Of a stretch of 64,000 nucleotides of DNA, positions 47,417 to 57,489 are shown one piece after another. A model generated the notes under the pieces. It searched no databases. It worked only from the letters and a program-made list of their open reading frames with translations, and was not told where the DNA came from. The stretch comes from a virus. The stretch spans positions 1 to 64,000 of the IMG/VR virus record IMGVR_UViG_3300005468_000016; one strand, written 5' to 3'. Made by a program: the position numbers and the translations under genes. The first letter of the stretch is position 1. Every line of letters starts with the position of its first letter.

Positions 47417-48001
47417 ATGAACGAAGAGACCACGACCGAACCCACCCCGAACATCTACGGCACCGAGCGCAAAACTCTGCGCGCCTGGCTCGACGAAAAC
47501 CCGGAGGTCCCCGAGGGATTGACCAGCGAAATCTGTCCGCTCAAGTCCCTGGTGAAGTTCGCCTGCACGATCGGTGGCGTGGACGCCGGGTCCGCCGGCT
47601 ACGCGCAGAAGATCACCTACGATGAACTGCTGGCGTTGGCGCTCAAGGCCAAGCAGACGCATCGGGAGATTCTGGCCAAGGCAAACATCACCGAGGAGCA
47701 TAAGGCGCCGATCATCCCGGCCGATTCGCTCTATTGCGCGCTGGTGATCCAGCGCCCATCGAGTGGCCAGATCGATGCCATCCACAGCGCCGTCCTAGAG
47801 GGCGCGACCAGCATGGGCCAGGATCAGCGGGCGGGCCTGCGCACGTCCATGTTGACGCAGATGCTTCAGAAATGCGCACTCTACCCGGACGCCGGCCAGC
47901 GCCAGAAGTTGTTCGTGGACTACGGAGGCTTGCAGCAAGAGTTCACGAACAAGTGCATGATGCTCGGGCACAAGGCGGTCGAAGAGATCGTGGGAAAATA
48001 A
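47417..48001 (+). CDS. Tail assembly chaperone (G)
   Basis: Between tube and tape measure; ends with G GGA AAA TAA. Confidence 0.75.
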   Translation: MNEETTTEPTPNIYGTERKTLRAWLDENPEVPEGLTSEICPLKSLVKFACTIGGVDAGSAGYAQKITYDELLALALKAKQTHREILAKANITEEHKAPIIPADSLYCALVIQRPSSGQIDAIHSAVLEGATSMGQDQRAGLRTSMLTQMLQKCALYPDAGQRQKLFVDYGGLQQEFTNKCMMLGHKAVEEIVGK

Positions 48002-48243
48002 ACGCCCTCACGGCTCAGTTCTTTGAACCGGGCGGTGAGGGCATCGCGGGCAAGGAACTCGCGGCGCTCCTCGGATGTGACATCGACATGGAGAAGCATC
48101 CTCGCCGACATGCCCTGTTTGTCCTGATCGGTCAGGCGCTCATTGGGGCGGCGCACGCGGGGACGCTTTCCGATGGCCTGCTGCGTCTCTTTGGCGACCG
48201 CGGGGGCTTGCCTGTCTACTGGATTCAGCCGAAGGGGACCTAG
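47992..48243 (+). CDS. -1 frameshift extension of the tail chaperone (GT)
   Basis: Slippery GGGAAAA at 47992-47998; the -1 frame is open to TAG 48243, 3 nt before the tape measure gene. Confidence 0.8.
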   Translation, partial: GKINALTAQFFEPGGEGIAGKELAALLGCDIDMEKHPRRHALFVLIGQALIGAAHAGTLSDGLLRLFGDRGGLPVYWIQPKGT

Positions 48244-48246
48244 ACC

Positions 48247-50223
48247 GTGGACCCGCTGGAGTGGATCTTGGCGTTCGTGGATGAGATCTCCGCCCCTGCG
48301 CGGGCGATGTCGGGGTCTGTCCGCGAATTGACCAAGTCCCTCCAGGGGTTGCAGGAGATCACGAACAAATTAAAGCCCGTCACGCTTCCGGGTTTGGGTA
48401 GCGCGGGCTCGGCTTCGTCGCGCGCCAACAATGAAATGAAGCGGTTCGCGGACATGTGGCAGAAGATCGGCCTGCGCATGCAGAAGGATCAAGCGGCGGC
48501 ACTGAAAGCCACCGAGCCTGGGGTGTCCAAGTCCTTCGCCGACATGTGGCAACGCATTGGCGCGCGGATGATGGCCGACCAGACCAAGGCCATGCGCCAG
48601 GCTGCAAAGACCGCTGCCGCCGAGGCCGAGAAGTCCGCGCACAAGTCCTACTTCGGGGGGCACAAGAGCATCTCGGGACTGCTCGGGGCGCGGGCTGAGC
48701 ACAAGATGAGCGGCTTGGCCACGGGTGCGGCGGATGCGCTGCTCGGGGCACCTGCCACCCTGGTCACGGGCGCACTGAGCGCGGTCGGCTCTCTTGTTGA
48801 GGGCACGACCGCCATGGCCTTCAACTTCGGCAAGGCGGCCATCTCTGCGCAGGCCATGCGCGAGGAAAGCGTCGAGGCGTTTAAGGCCATCTACGGCAAC
48901 GAAGACACCGCGAATCGGCTATTTGACCAGGCCCGCAAGATGGCCAAGGACACCAAGTTTGACACCGTCGATGTCGTCAAGATGTATAACACCCTCGCCG
49001 CGAACAACTTTGGCGTGTCGGAGTTGGACAAGTGGTCGCGGGCGGTGGCGGACATTGAGAGCGCCCGCAAAGGCAAGGGCGAAACCTTCCTTAACGCGAT
49101 CTCGCGCATCCGCGGCAGTCAACTCGCTTCCTTTGGACAGGTGCAGTCGGCCGGCTTGCAAGGCCCCGGCATTGAGAACGTCTTCCGGGAGTTGGCCAAA
49201 GTCAAGGGCATGGACACCAACACCGACCGATTCAAGTGGATGAAGCTGTTCCGGAAGGGTGGCGTCACCCGAGAAGAGGCCCTGCAAGCGGTCGAGCAGG
49301 CGGTCGCTGGGAAGTACGACACGCGCACCGGCAAGGTGGGTGAGTTCGCCGCCGCCCAGGGTAGCAAAACGTGGTCGGGCGTTCTCTCGAACATCAAGAA
49401 CGGCCTCGGCGATGTGCTCAATATGAGATTCTCAGAGAACCATCCGATCAACAAGTTCAAAGAGATTCTGATGGCAATCGGAAGTCCAGGTGGCTTGTTT
49501 GATGAGTCGAGCGAGAGCGGTCGGCGGTTCTCCAAATTGATGTCAAACCTCGTCGAAGATGTCTTCTCTATCTTTGGTGGACTCGCCGACAAGACAGACG
49601 ACTCCATCAAGTCCATCCTGTCCCTGGGCGAGGCACTGGAGCGGCAATTCAAGAAGGTGACCGATTACATCCGAGACAAGATCACGCCGGCCATCGTCGA
49701 GGCCATCAACTCCCCGAACCTCGATCAGCACTTGACTGCATTCGCGGCCAAGATCATCACGATCATCTCAAAGGGAATCCTCGCCGCGCTCGATGCCGCG
49801 TTGCCAGAGTGGGTCACGGGGCCAAAGAACCTGCCGCCATTGCCATCTGGGGTGGTCACGCCGTGGAATATAAACAACGTCACGCCATCGTCGGCTGGGA
49901 CCTCGCCGGCTGCTGGTGGTGGGGTGGAACTTGGCGGCGGCATCACCTCGCACGCAGGTGGCGGCAAGATCCCTGGTCCATTCGGACGCCCCCGCATGAT
50001 TATCGGACACGGCACCGAGGAGATTCTACCGCTCGGAACCTCGCTCGCCAGCATGCGCGGTGGCGATGGCGCGGGCATGAGCGTTACCGCTCCGGTTCAC
50101 ATCTACGGCAATCTCTCGATGGACGAATCCGACATCAGCCGCGCCGTCGAGCAAGGGATTCAGCGGGGCGGGATGTTGCTGCTTGAAAAGCTCGCCGTTG
50201 CCCAAGGGGCACAGAGGGCCTGA
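48247..50223 (+). CDS. Tape measure protein
   Basis: Ala-rich helical 658-aa protein, TWSGVLSNIK, synteny. Confidence 0.85.
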   Translation: MDPLEWILAFVDEISAPARAMSGSVRELTKSLQGLQEITNKLKPVTLPGLGSAGSASSRANNEMKRFADMWQKIGLRMQKDQAAALKATEPGVSKSFADMWQRIGARMMADQTKAMRQAAKTAAAEAEKSAHKSYFGGHKSISGLLGARAEHKMSGLATGAADALLGAPATLVTGALSAVGSLVEGTTAMAFNFGKAAISAQAMREESVEAFKAIYGNEDTANRLFDQARKMAKDTKFDTVDVVKMYNTLAANNFGVSELDKWSRAVADIESARKGKGETFLNAISRIRGSQLASFGQVQSAGLQGPGIENVFRELAKVKGMDTNTDRFKWMKLFRKGGVTREEALQAVEQAVAGKYDTRTGKVGEFAAAQGSKTWSGVLSNIKNGLGDVLNMRFSENHPINKFKEILMAIGSPGGLFDESSESGRRFSKLMSNLVEDVFSIFGGLADKTDDSIKSILSLGEALERQFKKVTDYIRDKITPAIVEAINSPNLDQHLTAFAAKIITIISKGILAALDAALPEWVTGPKNLPPLPSGVVTPWNINNVTPSSAGTSPAAGGGVELGGGITSHAGGGKIPGPFGRPRMIIGHGTEEILPLGTSLASMRGGDGAGMSVTAPVHIYGNLSMDESDISRAVEQGIQRGGMLLLEKLAVAQGAQRA

Positions 50224-50903
50224 TGGCAACAGCGGCGGAATTACTTGCGTCAATCGCGAACAACAGGCAATTGCCATGGGTTCCCTATGCCACGGCGAAC
50301 AGTCCGCTCAACTGGCCCGATCTGCCGGAGTGGGACTCCATTGCAATCGCGGGCGCGCAGTTCCCAATTGAGGGTTTACCGCGCTATGCAAAGAAACTCG
50401 CTCACGACAAAAAGAGCGGCGTCGGCGGAGACAATCAGAAGATCACCGCCAAGGGCATGAAACCGACGCCGGTTGGAATCACCCTAAAACTATGGGTCGA
50501 TATTGCCGGTGGACCAAACTATCTCGATCTGTTTCGCGCGATGATTCCAGTTCTACTTGCTCCGCGGTTTGAGAGACGGTTTGCGCTTCCTGTGTATCAT
50601 CCAGTGCTTGAGGCTTATGGAGTGACCAGCGTGGTCTTTGTGAATATTGGCCCCATTGTTCATTCGGGCAATCGCATTTTTCATGTGGAGTTGGAAGGCG
50701 AAAACGCAGCCGACATCAAAGCTGGTCAGTCCACAAAGCAGATCAAAAAGCCGGACGAGAGTTCGCTGGCGGGCGTGGGTGGACTCCGCGGCGGCCGCTT
50801 CGGCATCGTGACCCAGACCATTCCGCGCGTGGATGGAACCTCCGTCACGACCGCTTGGCAGGGACGCATCAATATGCCGTCCAGTCGCACGGGGTTGCCA
50901 TGA
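50223..50903 (+). CDS. Putative tail tube initiator / baseplate protein
   Basis: Follows tape measure; D.K...G.D....T.KG, V.HP.L...G. Confidence 0.6.
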   Translation: MATAAELLASIANNRQLPWVPYATANSPLNWPDLPEWDSIAIAGAQFPIEGLPRYAKKLAHDKKSGVGGDNQKITAKGMKPTPVGITLKLWVDIAGGPNYLDLFRAMIPVLLAPRFERRFALPVYHPVLEAYGVTSVVFVNIGPIVHSGNRIFHVELEGENAADIKAGQSTKQIKKPDESSLAGVGGLRGGRFGIVTQTIPRVDGTSVTTAWQGRINMPSSRTGLP

Positions 50904-52396
50904 GCGACGTGGTTCTGGGCAGCATCCCCGCGATCCGTGGCAACCTCACACTGAGGCGGCGTGGCAACTGGGACAGTCGATGGGTACTCGACGATGTCAC
51001 GGAGAACAACGGAGCACCCTCTGGCATCGTCGCCTGCACATTCTGGGGCGAGTCCATTGCGGGTTTTGTGCTGCGCGGCGGTGCGCCCTACCTCCAGGCG
51101 CAGGTTCAGGTCATCGGCGGGCGCGGCAATATCACCCCAGAAAAGACCATCGAAGCGCGTGATTACCGCTACGCATCCTTTGCCCAGATCGCCCGCGAAA
51201 TCGTCGAGGACGCGGGCGAGGTGATTGCCGAAGATGTGCTCGTCGGCATTGATCAACAACTGGTCGGCTGGACGCGCTGTGCGGGACCGTGGCTCGTCGA
51301 ACTTGAGCGCCTGATCGGCACGCGCAACGATCCGGATGGTGTGAACGACGGCACGACGTGGAATGTGCGGCTGTCTGATGGGCAGATCGAAATCCGTCCG
51401 CCTGTTGAGCAAGACACCGTTCCCGCGCTTCAGATGCTCGCGGACCACATCACCGAGCGCAAGCGCATCTACAAACTCGACGACGAGACGGCGGGATTGG
51501 TTATCAAGCCGGGCGATCGGTTCGAGGGCATTATCGCCGATACCGTCGAGTACATCGTCGAGCAAGAATCTCTGACCGTCGAGGTCTACTACCGGCCATC
51601 TGTCGCGCCACCAGGTCAGGCGCTCGACCGCATGGTGCAAGCCTGGCAAGAAAACTGGAATATGGGGCATGCGCGGTATCGAGAAACCGAGATCGATCCG
51701 CTCGGTTACTATCTCGGAACCGTGCGCGGGGTCCGCAACAACGGCGACATCGATCTCCAGGCGGACGATTCGCGCATCGGCTTTGTGAACGACTTTCCGG
51801 TGTTCTCCGGACTGCCCGGCTGGCAAATCACGCCCGTTCCAAAGGGTCCGACGTTTGCGGGCGCTCGCGGTATCTTCGGCTGGTCGGGCGGCGACAAGAG
51901 CAAGAAAGTCTGTCTTGCATGGGCCAGCGAACCCGCGGCGGCACTCGATACCGCGACCATCGAAGCGCGCACGCTCATCGAATGGAAGGCGCCCACGCAT
52001 CGCATCATCGGCAAGAGCGAGGTCGTGGACGGCGATCAGGAAGTCATCAACGGCGATGACATCACCGAGCACGACGTAGGGCGCGGGGGCACGCCGATCA
52101 TTCTTCCGGGTTCCTCTCTTACGTCTGCGGGCGGCGCTGTGAATGGTTTCGGCACGGACTGCGGATTTACGCTGGTCGCCTTGGCGGGTTCCACGGTCAG
52201 TCCGGGTGCTATCGCGCAGGTGACCTTCGCACGCCAATTCAAGAAGGCCCCGCAATCCGTCTCCTTTGGTGCGCAAGATGCAGTCTCCGCGTTGGTGGGT
52301 CTTTGGGCCAGTAGTCTGACGGCGAGTGGCATGGAGATCTCGACAGCCGCCCCATGGGCCGGTGGTCTTCGCTTTTCGGTCATTATCAAGGAATAG
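50900..52396 (+). CDS. Baseplate hub fused to spike (gpV-like OB fold)
   Basis: Hub-like N-terminal half, then YY.GTV.....G.IDLQ.DD...P.FSGLPG....V.KG...GW.GGD.S. Confidence 0.6.
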   Translation: MSDVVLGSIPAIRGNLTLRRRGNWDSRWVLDDVTENNGAPSGIVACTFWGESIAGFVLRGGAPYLQAQVQVIGGRGNITPEKTIEARDYRYASFAQIAREIVEDAGEVIAEDVLVGIDQQLVGWTRCAGPWLVELERLIGTRNDPDGVNDGTTWNVRLSDGQIEIRPPVEQDTVPALQMLADHITERKRIYKLDDETAGLVIKPGDRFEGIIADTVEYIVEQESLTVEVYYRPSVAPPGQALDRMVQAWQENWNMGHARYRETEIDPLGYYLGTVRGVRNNGDIDLQADDSRIGFVNDFPVFSGLPGWQITPVPKGPTFAGARGIFGWSGGDKSKKVCLAWASEPAAALDTATIEARTLIEWKAPTHRIIGKSEVVDGDQEVINGDDITEHDVGRGGTPIILPGSSLTSAGGAVNGFGTDCGFTLVALAGSTVSPGAIAQVTFARQFKKAPQSVSFGAQDAVSALVGLWASSLTASGMEISTAAPWAGGLRFSVIIKE

Positions 52397-52398
52397 CC

Positions 52399-52830
52399 AT
52401 GGCAGCGACGGATTACGGCTCAGACCTTAGCACCTACGCCGACGTGTCGAGCGGCATCGCGGACCTTGATCCGACGTTCGCGGTCATCGCGGGGCCGCGC
52501 GTGGTCGTGGAACGCATCGCCCGCAAGCTCATGACGCCGACGGGGTCGATGCTCAAGGCGGGCTGGGGCTTTGACCTGCGCGCGATCCTGCAAGCCTCGC
52601 TGACCTCGGCACAACTCGGCCAGCTCCGCGGCATCGTCTCAGACCAGATCCTGGGCGAACCGGAAGTGGCCGACGCCGAAGTCACCATCAACTATACGAT
52701 TCAGCTTAAGCGCCTCGACATCGTCGGGACCGTCACCCTCGTTTCGGGCGCGGTGTTTCCGCTGGTCTTTGTCGTGACCCCGGAACTTGTCCAGCCGATC
52801 TTTGACGACATCCTAGAGGTGAACCAGTGA
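52399..52830 (+). CDS. Baseplate wedge gp25-like protein
   Basis: DYGSDL, DLDP, IARKL.TP.G......GFDLR. Confidence 0.75.
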   Translation: MAATDYGSDLSTYADVSSGIADLDPTFAVIAGPRVVVERIARKLMTPTGSMLKAGWGFDLRAILQASLTSAQLGQLRGIVSDQILGEPEVADAEVTINYTIQLKRLDIVGTVTLVSGAVFPLVFVVTPELVQPIFDDILEVNQ

Positions 52831-54098
52831 CCGCGACGCTCCAACAACTTCTCACGGTCAATACGCCGCCGCAGAACGCCCAGTTTATGGTGGCGAAGTT
52901 GGCAGGCATCGGGTTCCCGAACACCACGAACTGGACGACGGGAACCGTTCCGCTCACGTTGCTGCAAACGATCGGCTTCCCGCTTACCGACATCCAATCG
53001 ACGCGGTTTAAGTACGCCGCCGCAAGCCTGCTCGACTATGCCGCCATCCCCGAAGATCAGGGCGGACCGGGGCGCGACTGGCTCGAACTCCACGCCGATC
53101 AGGTCTTTAACAACCAAGCATTCCCGGCGGTTGCGACCGAGATTGACGAAACCTTTACGGACGCCGCGAACCAAGGCCCCTTCACGATTGGCCCCGGGGG
53201 TGCGGGCGTCGCCGTGGGCCAGGGCCAGCCGATCTACCGCACCACGAACAGCGCCAACGTCGTGCTGCCACTCGGGGGCAGTGTCGTTATTCGGGTCCGC
53301 GCGCCCTCGCCAGGGACCGCGTTCAATGTCCCCGATGGCGCGCTTACCTTCTTTGCGGCGGGACGGCTTCCGGGTGTCACCGTCAGCAACATCGGCCCCG
53401 GTTCAATCAAGGTCGCAGGGACCGATGCAGAAGCCAACTCGGCGCTGGTTCAGCGGTGCCGCACCAAGTGGGCGCTGCTCTCGACGGGGAGTCCGGTTCC
53501 GGCCTATATCAATTGGGCGCTCTATGCGGGCCAGGGTCAGGTCGGCAAGGTCAAGCCGCGCGTCAATCTCTTCCTGAATGATCCGGGGCGCGTGGATCTT
53601 TACTTGGCCAGTCCCGCGGGTGGTGGTGTGGCGCCGGCTGTGGTGGATCGGGTGCAGGAGTTTATCGCCCCGCTTCCGGTGGCGGCCGAACGAACGGGCG
53701 CGCGGATTCCGGAGACCGCAAAGTGCGTGGTGTCGAGCGCCAACAGCAAGACGATCTTTATCAATGGCACGATCTTGGTCTACCCGGAGTTTAATAACTC
53801 CACGTTCAAGGCGCAGATCGCCTCCGACATCGCGGCCTACCAGGGCGCGTTCCCGATTGGTGGGGTGCTCGACAATCCCCCGACCATGTTCGGGCATGTC
53901 CCCTATACCCGAGTCCTCCAGCTCCTGCTCAACCGCAGCGGGGTGGCGCTAGAACCCGCACAAGAGGCATTGAGCAACCTCACGATCAGCCCAGACAATG
54001 TGCTGTTTTTTAAGATTAACCTGCTGCTTGATCCGATCGATTCGGTCACGTTCGACATCAGCGGCCTGCAACTGGCCTCTGTGACAAGGCCGACGTAA
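52827..54098 (+). CDS. Baseplate J/gp47 protein
   Basis: A..PG.A.NV, GTDAE....L..RC..KW, AY..WAL, PGRVDLY.A. Confidence 0.88.
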   Translation: MTATLQQLLTVNTPPQNAQFMVAKLAGIGFPNTTNWTTGTVPLTLLQTIGFPLTDIQSTRFKYAAASLLDYAAIPEDQGGPGRDWLELHADQVFNNQAFPAVATEIDETFTDAANQGPFTIGPGGAGVAVGQGQPIYRTTNSANVVLPLGGSVVIRVRAPSPGTAFNVPDGALTFFAAGRLPGVTVSNIGPGSIKVAGTDAEANSALVQRCRTKWALLSTGSPVPAYINWALYAGQGQVGKVKPRVNLFLNDPGRVDLYLASPAGGGVAPAVVDRVQEFIAPLPVAAERTGARIPETAKCVVSSANSKTIFINGTILVYPEFNNSTFKAQIASDIAAYQGAFPIGGVLDNPPTMFGHVPYTRVLQLLLNRSGVALEPAQEALSNLTISPDNVLFFKINLLLDPIDSVTFDISGLQLASVTRPT

Positions 54099-55015
54099 TG
54101 GCGATTAACCCGAACCTTCAGAGCGTCACGACCTACGAGGAGGTCATCCCGCAGGTCTTTGCGCCGCCGTGGCTCTCGGGACCCTACGGCACGCTCTGGC
54201 ATCGGGGCATCGGGCAGTTCTTCGACGACGAATGGACGCTTGGGCGCGACGCGGCGCTCGTCGGGTTTCCGCAATACACGCCGGGCGACGCGCTGATTTC
54301 TCTGGGCGCCGAACGGATGCTAGAGCGGGCCAATCCCACGCTGAACCTGCCCGGCGAAACAGAGGCCGAGTATCGACTGCGGCTCAAAAATGTCTGGGGC
54401 GAGTGGGGTGCTCCGCTTCCTCCCGGTAGTGCCCCACTCGCCGCGGACGCTAGCGATGCGGTCCAACACTTCTGCTTGCCGATGGGGATCTGGGAAGCGG
54501 CGGGGTCGGCGGCGATCCATCTGCCCGACCCGTTCACGGTACCCATCGCGGGCATCCCCACGATTCGCCCCTCCACCATGAAGGGCTGGCCGGCGTGGTT
54601 GGGGCTTACCGATACCGCGGTCTACCGTCAGCATGAGTGGGCCTTCCCGCCGTTCCTGGTGTCGCCCTACTTCTTCGCCTGGGAGCATGAGTGGTCCACC
54701 TTCTGGGTCATCATCAAGGAACCCCACCCGTTCCAGTTGATCTACTGGGGTGCGCCCGGTCTGTTTTGGGGCACGCCACCGGGACCTGGTTGTCCGACTT
54801 GGGGCACCACGGCCACGGTTGAAGAGGTGGAACTGATTAAGCGCTTGGTCGTGACCTTTAAGAGCGGCCACTCCACCTGTGCGGGCATCGTGCTCTTTAT
54901 CGGTGTCGGTGCCATCTTCTGGGGCGTGGGCGTCTGGGGCACTGGCACTTGGGGTGCGGGAGGCGGTGGCACGACGGTGATTTGGCCGGTCGGAGAACCC
55001 CACTGGTATCAATAA
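54098..55015 (+). CDS. Baseplate wedge (gpI/gp48-like)
   Basis: DAL..LG.ER.L.R...ETEAEYR.RL...W; follows baseplate J. Confidence 0.7.
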   Translation: MAINPNLQSVTTYEEVIPQVFAPPWLSGPYGTLWHRGIGQFFDDEWTLGRDAALVGFPQYTPGDALISLGAERMLERANPTLNLPGETEAEYRLRLKNVWGEWGAPLPPGSAPLAADASDAVQHFCLPMGIWEAAGSAAIHLPDPFTVPIAGIPTIRPSTMKGWPAWLGLTDTAVYRQHEWAFPPFLVSPYFFAWEHEWSTFWVIIKEPHPFQLIYWGAPGLFWGTPPGPGCPTWGTTATVEEVELIKRLVVTFKSGHSTCAGIVLFIGVGAIFWGVGVWGTGTWGAGGGGTTVIWPVGEPHWYQ

Positions 55016-55038
55016 GTCAAGGATGATATAGGTAGCCC

Positions 55039-55938
55039 ATGACAGCCCAGTCCCCCCAGCAAGCCCCACCCCTTCGCCTGATGATGGATCAGGTGCGTTC
55101 TGCCTGCGAGATCAACGAAGGCCAGCGCCGGCACCTCATCGAACGCATCGCGCAGCTTCAGGCCATGAGCGATGACCGATTGGCCGAAGCGCAGACGCAT
55201 GTGAACGCCGGCCGAGAGGCGCAGGCGCAGCCCCTCCGGGCCGAAGGGGAGCGGCTGGGCATGCAAGCGCGGATGCTCATGCAGCGGGTGGATGGACTGC
55301 TGGCGGAGATGTACGGGGCTGGGCAAGGCGCTACCGCTCAGACGCCTGTCCCGCGCAAGCCCTGGCAAAAGGACACCTTCTGGGCGGAGTTGGAGATTCT
55401 CTCTGGCTGGCTGGCTTGGCTGTGCGAGAAACTGACCCCCGAGGCCAGCGCCCGTATCGGCAAAGCGGCGACGGGCGTGCTCAGTGATGCGTGGTCCGCC
55501 CTGCTCAACGCCGAGAAGCGCAAGCAGGCCATCACTGAGAGCATGACCCCGGCCCAAGAACTCACCGCCCTGGTCGGTTTCGCCGATCGCCTGCTCTGCA
55601 TCCCGTGGCATCTCATCTGTTCCGAGAGCGAGGTCAACGACAGCCGGCAGTTGGTGCTGCGATTTGAGGCGCTGGCCGAACTCGCGGGCGGTGAGCGATT
55701 GCCGCCGAGTGATGTGCAACTCGATGAAGACCTCTCTGGGTTTGCCGAGCGGTTGCCCAAGGATCACCCGGACCAACCCCGTCTGACCGCGGTCGGGGTG
55801 CACGTGGACGGCAAGCGGTACCGCGACGCTGCTGCGATGCTTCTCGGACTCTCGCCGCCCGATCCGCTGCGGTTTGCGCAGGCGCTGATTGCGAAGCGGC
55901 TTGTCGTACTGGAAGGCACCAAGGGGAACCAGGGATAA
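55039..55938 (+). CDS. Hypothetical helical protein inserted in the tail module
   Basis: 299-aa ORF with non-structural character. Confidence 0.6.
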   Translation: MTAQSPQQAPPLRLMMDQVRSACEINEGQRRHLIERIAQLQAMSDDRLAEAQTHVNAGREAQAQPLRAEGERLGMQARMLMQRVDGLLAEMYGAGQGATAQTPVPRKPWQKDTFWAELEILSGWLAWLCEKLTPEASARIGKAATGVLSDAWSALLNAEKRKQAITESMTPAQELTALVGFADRLLCIPWHLICSESEVNDSRQLVLRFEALAELAGGERLPPSDVQLDEDLSGFAERLPKDHPDQPRLTAVGVHVDGKRYRDAAAMLLGLSPPDPLRFAQALIAKRLVVLEGTKGNQG

Positions 55939-55944
55939 CAAACC

Positions 55945-56793
55945 ATGCCGACGTTCATCACGCCTCCGTTCGTCCCGCCGATTCCTCGGTTCACGCCGTC
56001 TAGCGGTCAGATCGTTGGCCCAGCCGACGGTGATGCGCTACTGGCGTCGTCGGTGAACAACGCCTTTACTCAACTTGCCGACCGCAGCGCCCTATCGTTC
56101 TTCGGTCTGTACGGCGTCTATGGCTCGCGTCTCGTCGCGAGTTGTGTGGCCGGTACGATCCTCACCATCAACTTTCAGACGGCGCTACGGTCATCGTCCG
56201 GCATCTTGAGCGGCACCGTGGGAAGTCCGATCGATGTCGCTGTGGTGCTGGGCGGAGCGCCCGCGCCCAGCACTTGGTACTACGTCTACGGCGCCGACGT
56301 GGGCGGTGTACTGACCCCGATCGTGAGCACCGACCCGCCTGACACCGCGCTCAAGTACCGTGCCGGCAATTCAGACCAGGCTTTCCTGACGCTGTTCCGG
56401 ACGGATGGCGCGGGGTTTGTGCGGCAGTTCTCGCACTACGAAGGCTGCTACTCCTACCATGGAGACATCTCGGTCTTCGGACGCGCCGATCCTGGCACGG
56501 TGACGCCAGCCGCCGTGGCGCTTCCCGATGTGCCGGGCTTCGCGCGCATCGCCCTGATTCAGGCCACGATCTACAACGTGGACCCGCTGCTCACGGCGCA
56601 GATGAACCTGATGTATCCGGCATCCAGTCTCTGGTATGCGCTGCCCGTTGGCAAAAAGGGGGCACTTGACGACATCCGACAACAGACGCTGTTCAAGATG
56701 CCGATTAACGGCCCGACGGGGTTTGAGGTCATTCGGGACGGCGGCTCGGGCACGGCGGACTTCTCGGCGGTCCTTCAAGGATTCCTGGTTTAG
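55945..56793 (+). CDS. Putative tail fibre / baseplate-attached protein
   Basis: P.DGD...A.SVN.AF..LADR N-terminus, STWYYVY. Confidence 0.65.
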   Translation: MPTFITPPFVPPIPRFTPSSGQIVGPADGDALLASSVNNAFTQLADRSALSFFGLYGVYGSRLVASCVAGTILTINFQTALRSSSGILSGTVGSPIDVAVVLGGAPAPSTWYYVYGADVGGVLTPIVSTDPPDTALKYRAGNSDQAFLTLFRTDGAGFVRQFSHYEGCYSYHGDISVFGRADPGTVTPAAVALPDVPGFARIALIQATIYNVDPLLTAQMNLMYPASSLWYALPVGKKGALDDIRQQTLFKMPINGPTGFEVIRDGGSGTADFSAVLQGFLV

Positions 56794-56795
56794 CG

Positions 56796-57458
56796 ATGAA
56801 GGTCATTTCGGGATTCGTGAAGTCTCTGCTCTCGACGGGCGGCACAACCCCCGTTCCGAACCGGAAGATCTACGCGGTCCCGACACCCATCTCTGCCCAG
56901 TTCCTTGTCGGCGGAAACTGGCTGCCCATCTTCCGCAACACCGGCATCACCGACCCGCTACTACAACTCGGCATCGAAACGCTGACCGGCCTGGATGGTC
57001 GTTTCACCTTCATGCTGCCGCAACTCAGCGAAACGTGGGAACCGCAAAGCCTGCCCGTGTCTTGGAATGTGATCGATCCCATCACGGGGACGGTCTATTT
57101 CGGACAGGTACTCGACGGCATCCCGGCGATTGGCGGCGCGGACCTCAAGACGCTGGTCACGACCTATAACTGGATCGTCAAGTCCATCCTACAAGTAAGC
57201 GGGCAAGATGGACCCCAGCGGCGCGGAGTGCTCCCCTTCACATCGAGCAGTGGACTTGAGCAAATCCAGGCGCTCCTCCCGCCGCTTCCGACTGCGGCCT
57301 ATGTCCCCGTCGTGAGCAATGCCGTAGACAGCGTCATGGAAGACAACTACACCGCCTACGTTCTTCCGAATTGGACCGCCAGCCAGTTCGTGATCCGCAT
57401 CTCCTCCCCGGTGCCAGTCGGGCGAACCGTGGGGATTCCCTGGCACGTCATCGGGTAG
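56796..57458 (+). CDS. Putative virion protein
   Basis: Beta-rich; C-terminal T.S.F.I......W..IG pattern of fibre-associated domains. Confidence 0.55.
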   Translation: MKVISGFVKSLLSTGGTTPVPNRKIYAVPTPISAQFLVGGNWLPIFRNTGITDPLLQLGIETLTGLDGRFTFMLPQLSETWEPQSLPVSWNVIDPITGTVYFGQVLDGIPAIGGADLKTLVTTYNWIVKSILQVSGQDGPQRRGVLPFTSSSGLEQIQALLPPLPTAAYVPVVSNAVDSVMEDNYTAYVLPNWTASQFVIRISSPVPVGRTVGIPWHVIG

Positions 57459-57489
57459 AAACAAACCGTCCAATAAGGAGTTCCGTACC

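Noticed and set aside
50726-52276. Long antisense ORFs (also 36895-38052, 32842-33849, 60599-61576)
   Set aside because: Shadow ORFs opposite well-supported genes, caused by high GC.
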